Source: a virus. Taken from it: DNA of 64,000 nucleotides. Each line of letters opens with the position of its first letter. Within the stretch, counting starts at the first letter, position 1. This document shows, one piece after another, positions 1-8,072 of this stretch. The position numbers and the translations under genes were made by a program. The notes under the pieces are model-generated. The model was not told where the DNA came from. It saw only the letters and a list, made by a program, of their open reading frames with translations, and searched no databases. The DNA is taken from IMG/VR virus record IMGVR_UViG_3300046714_000065, positions 2,436-66,435 of that record, one strand, 5' to 3'.

Positions 1-85
1 CTCACAAGCTGCTATGTAAGACTCTTCATGGATTATATCCAGTATCTTAGTAACATCAATGCAGCTTAGTGGGCTATTAAATATT

Positions 86-1075
86 TTAGGCAGATCCATT
101 TCGCTTCCTTACAGGTATTTTGATTGTATCCTCGAAGGTCCAACCAGAATGTAACCTTGCTCGTAAGCTAGCGACGTTCTCTTTTAGATACTCAGCCCAA
201 CCATCTAAGGTCATAGCTAAACCATCATACTCATATATCTTACCTGTTTGCACTCTCAAGGGGCTCTTTAATGTAGCAGGGTCTACATTTAATTCCATGC
301 GATGTCTTAAGGTAGCTTCTGCAATACCTGTCAATTTAGACATCAATCTAACACTTTTAAACTTGTATGGTAATGGCTCTAAGCCTAATACCACATCCAT
401 CGGTAACCCAGCTCTAACTCTAGCCTTAATTACCATCTTAGGCACCTGATAGTTGTTAGACAACCAGGCAAGAGTTCTTATCTTACCATCTACCTTAAAC
501 TTGTCAGGGCATAGTGATACTTCATCAGCTGGTACACAACCGCATGATCTAAGCTTATTAGTCTGTAGTACCATTGATGCTATCTTAATCTCATTACCAC
601 AATCACACTTGCATTTCCAGAATGAATTAGTTCTAACTGTGTATGCAAAGTCTGTTACAAGTAGCATACCAAATCTAACACCTTCAATGTCTTTCTTAGG
701 TAGCGTACCTTTATAGAGTACCTTGTCAATCTTAAGGTTATGTCGTATTCGTTGGGTAATGGTAGCTTTAGGCATTTCAAGATGCTTAGCCCAATCAGTT
801 ACTGTCATAGACAGACCCTTATAGGCTAGCCTTCTCTCCTTACCTACTCGCCACCCAGTGGTAGTTAGGTCGTAGCAACCTGTACCTGGTGTCCTATCCA
901 GATAACTGTTACTACCCGGCATCGGACCCACATCATGAATAAACCTATCAAAGACATGCCAATTATCTGATACATATATACCTATTCTACCATTGATTGG
1001 ATATAACGGAGACCCCTTGTCATAGCAGGCCTCCATCATTTCTACCCAACGTGCTTGCTCTCTAGTAGAGCTCAC
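86..1075 (-). CDS. HNH homing-endonuclease-derived DNA-binding protein with repeated HTH-like modules (probably degenerate)
   Basis: The N-terminus resembles the phage HNH pattern W..M..RCY..GI.V...W..F..F..D.G..P....LDR. It also has a WKCKCDCG..RSCGC module and repeated 'G..MT...WA..L......L..R...G' segments. Confidence 0.6.
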   Translation of the reverse strand: MSSTREQARWVEMMEACYDKGSPLYPINGRIGIYVSDNWHVFDRFIHDVGPMPGSNSYLDRTPGTGCYDLTTTGWRVGKERRLAYKGLSMTVTDWAKHLEMPKATITQRIRHNLKIDKVLYKGTLPKKDIEGVRFGMLLVTDFAYTVRTNSFWKCKCDCGNEIKIASMVLQTNKLRSCGCVPADEVSLCPDKFKVDGKIRTLAWLSNNYQVPKMVIKARVRAGLPMDVVLGLEPLPYKFKSVRLMSKLTGIAEATLRHRMELNVDPATLKSPLRVQTGKIYEYDGLAMTLDGWAEYLKENVASLRARLHSGWTFEDTIKIPVRKRNGSA

Positions 1076-1081
1076 GCTAGC

Positions 1082-1390
1082 CTACTTCCACTTGATTGTC
1101 CACCTTTCATTAACAGGGCTTGAGCTACAAGAAAAATCTACTTTAAAACCTAGATTCATTAAAGTATTATGTATAGTATTCTTATTCCAATTCTCATTGT
1201 CGCTAAAAGATGCTAGTATAGCTGTTTCAGATAGTACAATGCTATAGTAGATAGAAGCTTCTATCTGATCTCGTAATCTATCCCAGCCTATTGATGGGTG
1301 AGAATCAATATACTTTAAAGCAAGATTTCGTCTAATTCTTTTATTAAGCTTAGTTACTGCTTTAGCTTCCTTGGGTATTATCATTAGCAC
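1082..1390 (-). CDS. hypothetical protein
   Basis: ORF in a tightly packed minus-strand operon. Confidence 0.5.
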   Translation of the reverse strand: MLMIIPKEAKAVTKLNKRIRRNLALKYIDSHPSIGWDRLRDQIEASIYYSIVLSETAILASFSDNENWNKNTIHNTLMNLGFKVDFSCSSSPVNERWTIKWK

Positions 1391-1826
1391 TCCTTACAAA
1401 GTAAACATACACACCTGCTTCAGCAAATAGCTCTAATGCCTCAGTACCACCTTTAGCCCACTTACTATTAGGCTCATCCAGTGGTGTATTAGGGCAAATA
1501 ACCTCTACTATACCTGCTTGAATGATGGCCTTAGCACAGTTGAAACATGGGCAAAGGTTAACCATCATCTTATTACCTCGGGTACTTATACCCAACCTAG
1601 CAGCGTTGCTAATAGCATTCTGCTCTGCATGAACTGTTAACTTTAGTTTAAGCTCTGTATCAAATACACGATCTAAACTATCTTTAATACCTCTAGGGAA
1701 ACCATTATAACCACTGGTAATAATATCATTACTACGATCAAAGATTACTGCACCAACTTTACGCTTAGGATCTTTAGATAAACTTGCTACTGCTTCTACA
1801 ATTGGCCAGTATTTATGATAGCTCAT
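1362..1826 (-). CDS. dCMP deaminase
   Basis: SKDP..KVGAVI, GYNGFPRG, HAEQNA and PCFNCAKAIIQAGI zinc-deaminase motifs. Confidence 0.93.
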   Translation of the reverse strand: MSYHKYWPIVEAVASLSKDPKRKVGAVIFDRSNDIITSGYNGFPRGIKDSLDRVFDTELKLKLTVHAEQNAISNAARLGISTRGNKMMVNLCPCFNCAKAIIQAGIVEVICPNTPLDEPNSKWAKGGTEALELFAEAGVYVYFVRSANDNTQGS

Positions 1827-2077
1827 TGTTGAATAGTATTGTACAGTGTGAAGTCAACCTTGTCAATAATGTACTTATACTTAATCTTGGGATTCTCAAC
1901 GATCTCAGTCTTGACACCGAGAACAGTACCTAAAGTGGGCCGGAACTTAGCACCAACTGGTACAACAACGATATCACCAATATTTAACGTAAGGTCCAAC
2001 GGGTACTTATAGGTATAAGCTTTGCTGTTACCATTGTCGTCGTTGGTGAACTGAACGCCAGCATATCCGAATTGCAT
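1823..2077 (-). CDS. hypothetical phage protein
   Basis: ORF with an AGGA RBS and an ATGA overlap with the next gene; KAYTYK..L.IGD.VVV pattern common in small phage proteins. Confidence 0.6.
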   Translation of the reverse strand: MQFGYAGVQFTNDDNGNSKAYTYKYPLDLTLNIGDIVVVPVGAKFRPTLGTVLGVKTEIVENPKIKYKYIIDKVDFTLYNTIQQ

Positions 2078-2103
2078 GATTATTCCTATATGGGGTTGAA
2101 TGA

Positions 2104-2412
2104 TTACTTATCGGCAAGTAGCCTAAATCTACCGTCTTCCATCTCTGACTGTGGGCGTACCCAGATGATAGTATCATGTTTAGCCTTATAAGCATAAGCT
2201 GGTATATTAACTGATTCAATCCTAACTATATCTGGTGTGCTAAGTATCTCATACGTTTTACCAGATCTAATATGCAATACCTTTGCTCCTATTGGAAACG
2301 AAGGATATCTTTTTATTGGACTCTCTAGCCTAATGCATTTAGTCTCACCATCATAGCACTGGAATACTACATCACATTCCTGGCAGCCTAGCCATTTAGT
2401 AGATGTGTGCAT
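2104..2412 (-). CDS. hypothetical protein (DUF1653-like C-terminus)
   Basis: HIRSGKTYEIL...Y.....IWVRP.SE..DGRF pattern. Confidence 0.5.
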   Translation of the reverse strand: MHTSTKWLGCQECDVVFQCYDGETKCIRLESPIKRYPSFPIGAKVLHIRSGKTYEILSTPDIVRIESVNIPAYAYKAKHDTIIWVRPQSEMEDGRFRLLADK

Positions 2413-2653
2413 CCTCTTCCTCCTGCTTCTTAATTAATGCCTCCAGTGCTGCTTCTAGTGAACTACCGGTAACTATGTCCTTACCGTGTACACTAAGAAT
2501 AACTGTTTGAGTAGCATCATCTTGAATAATCTTAACAGTCTGTTGAGTACCATTCTGATAGTACCCACACAGCCTATCTAATGCAGCAAGCCTATCACTG
2601 CTATCAATAGCTCTTGTAATAGTTTGCTTAAGTTTAATGCTAGTTTTACTCAT
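2396..2653 (-). CDS. hypothetical protein
   Basis: ORF overlapping its neighbours in the operon. Confidence 0.55.
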   Translation of the reverse strand: MSKTSIKLKQTITRAIDSSDRLAALDRLCGYYQNGTQQTVKIIQDDATQTVILSVHGKDIVTGSSLEAALEALIKKQEEEDAHIY

Positions 2654-2955
2654 GATGTAATAATATCATCACCAAAGGCTGCTTGTGTCATTATCATATC
2701 ATCAATTAAGTCTCGGATATTAGCACCAAGAGCAATAGGTTCACCGCCCTCTTCGCTAACAGCTTCAACAACATATTCTACTGGAGGATTCTCTTCTTCG
2801 TTAACGCTAATAATAAGCTTAAACTTCTCTGATACATCTTCAGGGTTAAAGGCTGGCAGCATCTTCTGCAATGCATTCAGACGCATAGTATCAGTAATTA
2901 CTATCTTACCTGATTCAAGCTTATCGTAGATAGTATCCGTGTTTAATGCAGGCAT
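2650..2955 (-). CDS. hypothetical protein
   Basis: ORF with an AAGGA RBS and an ATGA overlap downstream. Confidence 0.55.
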   Translation of the reverse strand: MPALNTDTIYDKLESGKIVITDTMRLNALQKMLPAFNPEDVSEKFKLIISVNEEENPPVEYVVEAVSEEGGEPIALGANIRDLIDDMIMTQAAFGDDIITS

Positions 2956-3083
2956 ATCATTTCCTTTATGCGATACGTAACAGGTTTTGAACGTTCCAGG
3001 AATTCTTCACTCGGCATTTATCCTCATGTCTTAAGATACCTAACTCTGTGAAGAATAACTTACAATGAACGCATCTGATAGTA

Positions 3084-3392
3084 CTAGCTCTTTGTCTCTC
3101 TAATAACTTTTTGTTTGTTTCGTTGCCTTTCATGGTTTACTCCTTGGTCAGGCTTCCATACTTCTAAGCCACTAGTATCTGGTGGACACTCATGTTTTAC
3201 TCCTTTCTCAAACAATCGCCAACCAGTATTAGTTTGCATCCATGTCAGACCATTTCTATAACAGCGCTTACACATGATCCAACGTGGTGCATGATAGCTT
3301 CTATACCTACGCCATCTAAATACATCTTCACCATCAGCTCTTTCAAATCCATCAAGTAGTGCATCTAACTCATGATCAAATGTATCACTCAT
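3084..3392 (-). CDS. hypothetical protein
   Basis: ORF with an AGGAG RBS immediately after the polymerase gene. Confidence 0.55.
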   Translation of the reverse strand: MSDTFDHELDALLDGFERADGEDVFRWRRYRSYHAPRWIMCKRCYRNGLTWMQTNTGWRLFEKGVKHECPPDTSGLEVWKPDQGVNHERQRNKQKVIRETKS

Positions 3393-3405
3393 TTTAAACT
3401 CCTTT

Positions 3406-5442
3406 CTAGTGCGTCTCTGCCCAATTTCTGCCTACCTTGGCTTTACCATTGGTTATCATCACACCAAACTCTTTAGCTGCTTCAGTAAATGCTTCCTCAG
3501 AGATAGCTTTAGCCCTTGCTATGATCTCAGGATCGTTATCAACTAGAAACTGTGTCTCATCGTGATATATTATGCGAGGCTTATACTTGATACCTTCTGC
3601 CTTAAACTTCTTGATCATATAGTGCATTGCTGATTTAACTGTAATACTCTCGAATCTCTGAAGCAGGTAGTTCAAAGATTTATGTGGTGAGTCTACGTAG
3701 ATCAATGCACCATCAAGACCTATAATCTTACTGAAACCTAGCTTACCCTTAAATCTACGGTAATCATCATTAAGCTTATCATTCAGCTCTGCAAATCCAG
3801 GTATAGCATTAATGAATGCTTCTTTAAGCTCATTACCTCTAGAGCTTCTCTTACCAAATACAATTAATGCTAGCTTATCACCGCCGCCACCAAATAACAA
3901 TGCATAGAAGAAAGGCTTAGCAGTCTTGCGTGCTACAGACTGATCCCACTTAAGCTCACCCATTGCTCTTGCAATAGCAGTTAATTTATCCGCATTAGCC
4001 TGGTGCACATCTCCATGCATAATGATATCAGTAAACTCTGGGTTCTTTAAATAGTAGCACAAGCCTCTAGCTTGATTACCTTCAGAGTCACAACCTATTA
4101 CTACAGTACCTGGATCAGCTAAGAATAGAGACCTTACTTCCTTACCCCAGAGACTTTCTACTGTAGGTATATTAGCAATAGTCTTATGAGTCATACGTCC
4201 AGTGGGTGTACCAAAGCACATAGCACCACCATGAAGCATATTATTCTCATCCAGATCTCTAATCCAACCACGTAAGATATTAGCTCTTGAGTTAGTAGTT
4301 AGGTATCGGTTATACAACTCACCAATAGCACCTAATAGTAATAGAGAGCTTTCACTAATCTTTTCAGATGTCTTCTCAAGCTTCCTTGTTACAGGATTCT
4401 GTTTGAAGTTCCAGTCATCTGCTACCCAACCAATAGTCCTTAACCATACCTTAGCATCTGTAGGTGATGATAATGTACGTGGCTCAAATGTAATTCTAGT
4501 GTAAGGACCATCTACTAGGCAATCGCTATATAGACCAGACTCTTGTGTTACACCAAACCAACTAGCTATATGTGCTGAATATAAGCCACTCTTAATCCAC
4601 TTAGGTGCCTTCATTGGTACTGCATAGAAGGTATCATTAGCAAAGTAAACGCTATGTGGTATAAGATTACCTTCCTCATTCCTATTCTTAGGCTCAGCTT
4701 CAAATGAACCTAGACCAACTGCATCCTTAACAATGATCTTAAAGCCCATTGTAGGTTCAATTATGTCTTCAGTTATCCTAAGCTCTTGTTCCATCTCAGC
4801 TAGCAGCTTCTCACCTGCTACTCTGTCAAACAACCAGCCTTCTAGCTCTGACTCTGCCATAAATCTAGCAGCTGTATGCTCATTTCTAAGGCTTACACTT
4901 ATCAAAGGATTTCTGTTATTCTGCTTAACGAATTCTTTAATTAGTATCTTGTAAACTCTATGATTTAAGTTAACATCCTGAATACAATAAACGATCATAT
5001 CGAATGATAGATGTGTCCAATCATTGAATGCTATCTTATGATCTTCTAAGAACTCACCCCATAGCTCTAAGCTGTGTCCTCTAAAACCAAATCGCCTAAA
5101 GTTAAGCATCTGGCTAAAGAGCAGAGTATCATGAATAGTAGTATCTGGATTAGGCTCCCATCCAAATAACTTCTTCAGCATATTTAAGTCATAATTGATA
5201 ATATTGTGGCCAATGAGCAACTTAGCTTTATACAAGTAATCCTGCCAGCTAATGTCATGTTCTATTAAGGGGCTAAGGATTGCTTTCTCTGTAGGTGTAA
5301 GTGTTTCAAAGAGCGCTGCTTCATCCGCAGGATCAAGGAACACACTAATGACATTGGTATCAATATCTTTAGCTACTAGACACCAACACTTAGTTACCTT
5401 TCTGAGTAGCTCATTAGCCTCTGTATCGAAGAGGATTCTCAT
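3406..5442 (-). CDS. DNA polymerase family A (T7-like) with 3'-5' exonuclease
   Basis: Exonuclease motifs FDTE, GHNIINYD and YCIQDV; polymerase motifs TGRMTH, GCDSEG (A), RKTAKPFFYALLFG (B) and YHDETQ (C). Confidence 0.95.
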   Translation of the reverse strand: MRILFDTEANELLRKVTKCWCLVAKDIDTNVISVFLDPADEAALFETLTPTEKAILSPLIEHDISWQDYLYKAKLLIGHNIINYDLNMLKKLFGWEPNPDTTIHDTLLFSQMLNFRRFGFRGHSLELWGEFLEDHKIAFNDWTHLSFDMIVYCIQDVNLNHRVYKILIKEFVKQNNRNPLISVSLRNEHTAARFMAESELEGWLFDRVAGEKLLAEMEQELRITEDIIEPTMGFKIIVKDAVGLGSFEAEPKNRNEEGNLIPHSVYFANDTFYAVPMKAPKWIKSGLYSAHIASWFGVTQESGLYSDCLVDGPYTRITFEPRTLSSPTDAKVWLRTIGWVADDWNFKQNPVTRKLEKTSEKISESSLLLLGAIGELYNRYLTTNSRANILRGWIRDLDENNMLHGGAMCFGTPTGRMTHKTIANIPTVESLWGKEVRSLFLADPGTVVIGCDSEGNQARGLCYYLKNPEFTDIIMHGDVHQANADKLTAIARAMGELKWDQSVARKTAKPFFYALLFGGGGDKLALIVFGKRSSRGNELKEAFINAIPGFAELNDKLNDDYRRFKGKLGFSKIIGLDGALIYVDSPHKSLNYLLQRFESITVKSAMHYMIKKFKAEGIKYKPRIIYHDETQFLVDNDPEIIARAKAISEEAFTEAAKEFGVMITNGKAKVGRNWAETH

Positions 5443-5693
5443 TGACTAAAGTCTTTATAAGAACATGGGCATATAGACCTTACCGGGCACCTATCACAAT
5501 AACCTGATTTTCTAGTTAGAATACAGCCCCATACCTTAGGCACTTCTGGATCACTAGACCACTCTATAATTACTGGCATAGTATCTGCTATTTTAGTGCA
5601 TAGATCCTGTAGTTCCTTCTTTTGTATAGCTAGCTCAATATCTTGTATAGACTTGAGTTTCCGATACTCTTCTTCACTCAGTATGTATTGCAT
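5439..5693 (-). CDS. hypothetical Cys-rich phage protein
   Basis: ORF overlapping its neighbours; C-terminal WGC...YCDRCPV..ICP. Confidence 0.55.
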   Translation of the reverse strand: MQYILSEEEYRKLKSIQDIELAIQKKELQDLCTKIADTMPVIIEWSSDPEVPKVWGCILTRKSGYCDRCPVRSICPCSYKDFSQ

Positions 5694-6123
5694 TTTCTCT
5701 ACCTTTAACTTCGTCTCTAACCACCATTAGAATCTTGCCAAGAGTGTTCTTACCTTCACCCTTATAGACACCCCAGAACTTATCACCCCAGGTATTAGTC
5801 TCTACTAGCTGAGCATCTCCTGTAGCAATTAATTTAAGTGCTAACGAGAAGTGTGTATTAAACTTAAGCCTAACAAACTTAGTCATTGTATCTATTCTAA
5901 GCACATACCAGTTAGATACCATAAGTACATTACCACCTAGATGCTTAGCTTCACCTGGTGTTGCTGAGTTAGCTATTCTAAGCTTATCTTCTTTACTCTC
6001 AACCTTAGCTGCTTGGTAAGCATGCTCTACTGTTTCGTAGGTAATGCCTTCATACGTAATTATTGAGGGGTAAAAATTGGATAAGAATCTATTGGAACCG
6101 TAGAACCCACGTATAGCATCCAT
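5674..6123 (-). CDS. NADAR (YbiA-like) family protein
   Basis: FLSNFYPS, TVEHAYQAAK, KF..H..LA.KL.ATGDA.LVE.N.WGD.FWG and G.N.LGKILM.VR motifs. Confidence 0.92.
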   Translation of the reverse strand: MDAIRGFYGSNRFLSNFYPSIITYEGITYETVEHAYQAAKVESKEDKLRIANSATPGEAKHLGGNVLMVSNWYVLRIDTMTKFVRLKFNTHFSLALKLIATGDAQLVETNTWGDKFWGVYKGEGKNTLGKILMVVRDEVKGRENAIHTE

Positions 6124-6175
6124 ATATCCTCACTATGTTAAGTGGGCCAGCTATTACACCAGCCCACTGTTACTA

Positions 6176-6802
6176 CTACTTAGCTGCTGCTAGAATCTCA
6201 TCTACTTCAGATATCTTGATGTTTCTTCCAGCTATTAGCCGTGCTGTGTAGAACTTCAAATGCCATAACGCCTTGAGTGCTTCTTGACGCCTGTCATCTT
6301 TCTTTCCACTACGAGCCAAGTACTTAAGCGTTAGATATAACACTGCACTATCAACATCTGGAAGGACATCCTGCATCACTTCAAGGAACTGATAGTTCTG
6401 AAAGTAATTCTTATAATGAGCTGGATTAACAGCTTTATCAAAATCTTTATCTAGTTTAAGAGCACTAGTAACTGGTATATCAGCTATTTTAGTTGCATTA
6501 ATTTCTGCACCTGCTGGAATCTGAGATACCTTACCTGCTGGATAAAAAAGAGGATCTTTAAGTTCTTTATGCTCAGCTAGAGGATCCCAACCATCATAGT
6601 AGTAATCTTTAATAAACTTTCCAAGAGATGCATTGTTGCCAATAGAGCTCTTTTCATTTGTAACGTTATTTACGACTAATAAGTGTTCACCTGATTCAAG
6701 CCTAAAGCCTGCAGAGTAACGTTCACCTAGCTTAATGAATTCCTCACCTGAGGTACCATCAGCCTTACAGAGCTTAAATGAATATTTCATGATGCTTACC
6801 AC
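6176..6802 (-). CDS. DUF3310 domain protein (T7 gp1.7 nucleotide kinase-like C-terminus)
   Basis: D.AVNPAHY...KYLARSGKKDD..QE..KA.W.L. Confidence 0.75.
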   Translation of the reverse strand: MVSIMKYSFKLCKADGTSGEEFIKLGERYSAGFRLESGEHLLVVNNVTNEKSSIGNNASLGKFIKDYYYDGWDPLAEHKELKDPLFYPAGKVSQIPAGAEINATKIADIPVTSALKLDKDFDKAVNPAHYKNYFQNYQFLEVMQDVLPDVDSAVLYLTLKYLARSGKKDDRRQEALKALWHLKFYTARLIAGRNIKISEVDEILAAAK

Positions 6803-7317
6803 TTAACATCAGGAGTGGCTTCACCATCACCTGGTTCATCATCATCACCGATCTCTTCAGGCTCGATGACTTCAGTATCTTCTTCCTCTTCAAAGCCTTC
6901 AAACGGCTTAGGGCGGAAGACAATGTGCTTCAAGACCTGTAGGCCTTGCAGCTGAAATGCGGTACCCTTCTTGCCCTCAAATACATACTCATACGGCCAC
7001 AAACGAAGATTGACAATAGAGCCGTTACCTACAGTAGTGGCGTCGATAGCTACACGCTTCGCATTTACTACTTCAGGTGGGGCACTAGCAGTCTTATCTT
7101 TCTTAATAGCCTTCTTACGGAAGTTAACACTGTAGAGAATACCAGTGGGATCCTCACCTATCTTAACCTTAATACCCTTAGATACCCAATCATCTTTCTG
7201 AGCCTTATCACGAGTATAAGCTTGTACAGACCACTCACCATCCTTATTCTGTTTAGTATTAGGACGAGCAGGATTCAGCTTGCAATAACGAACTGTTACA
7301 TTTTTAAGAATAGTCAC
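6796..7317 (-). CDS. single-stranded DNA-binding protein (T7 gp2.5-like)
   Basis: VGNGS.VN and L.GLQV motifs; acidic C-terminal tail ending in an aromatic residue; located in the replication module. Confidence 0.8.
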   Translation of the reverse strand: MTILKNVTVRYCKLNPARPNTKQNKDGEWSVQAYTRDKAQKDDWVSKGIKVKIGEDPTGILYSVNFRKKAIKKDKTASAPPEVVNAKRVAIDATTVGNGSIVNLRLWPYEYVFEGKKGTAFQLQGLQVLKHIVFRPKPFEGFEEEEDTEVIEPEEIGDDDEPGDGEATPDVKW

Positions 7318-7335
7318 TTGACTTCCTTCGAGGTT

Positions 7336-7632
7336 TTAATAGGGGATGTCATCAAACAAATCAGGGCGGTAGTCCTCATCACTGCCACGACCTGCTGATG
7401 CTAACGCTTCCGCATCATCTAGCGGTAAACCTTCATCATCACTACCCATTAACCTGTCATACTCTTCTTCACTCAAACCTGTAAGTAAGAACTCGCGATC
7501 ACTAATTGATAAGTTAGGAAATACTACTTGTACTAATCCACCAGATTGCCAAGCATCTATTTGCTCTTGAGTTACATCGAGCTCTTTAGATACCGGCTCA
7601 TCAGTGTCTATACGATTAACCGTTACTAACAT
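7336..7632 (-). CDS. hypothetical phage protein
   Basis: G.LVQ.VFPNLS..DREFLLTG pattern; acidic tail. Confidence 0.6.
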   Translation of the reverse strand: MLVTVNRIDTDEPVSKELDVTQEQIDAWQSGGLVQVVFPNLSISDREFLLTGLSEEEYDRLMGSDDEGLPLDDAEALASAGRGSDEDYRPDLFDDIPY

Positions 7633-8059
7633 TCTTGCGCTCCCTAAGTGCCATATTCAAATACATACAGCTAGGTATAAACAAGGTAGGGACAAAGAAT
7701 GTATTACCACCACCATTATTACTAATTAAAATTAATTTAATGTATTCATCAAAGCGTTCAGCTACATCAAAGATATAGCCACCATCTAGTATACTAGCGG
7801 TTTCAGTACTAGCTTTCTTAAGTCCTCTTACCTGATACAAATCCAGATATGTCTCTACAACGTATACATTGCCGCCTAAGTAAGCACTTAGATCTAATAC
7901 CTTAGGGTCTTCTGACTTTAATAGTAAGCTTAAAGCTTTATTGTTAACTTCAGCAACAGACATTAGCATAAATAATGTATCTGTTACTATTACTGCCGGT
8001 ATAATGCTACTATTAACCTGAGCTTCTAGCTTCGTTAGATCTGATTCAAGCTTGATCAT
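7616..8059 (-). CDS. hypothetical protein
   Basis: ORF with an RBS following the RNAP gene. Confidence 0.6.
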   Translation of the reverse strand: MIKLESDLTKLEAQVNSSIIPAVIVTDTLFMLMSVAEVNNKALSLLLKSEDPKVLDLSAYLGGNVYVVETYLDLYQVRGLKKASTETASILDGGYIFDVAERFDEYIKLILISNNGGGNTFFVPTLFIPSCMYLNMALRERKNVSNG

Positions 8060-8072
8060 AGAAACCTTTCTC

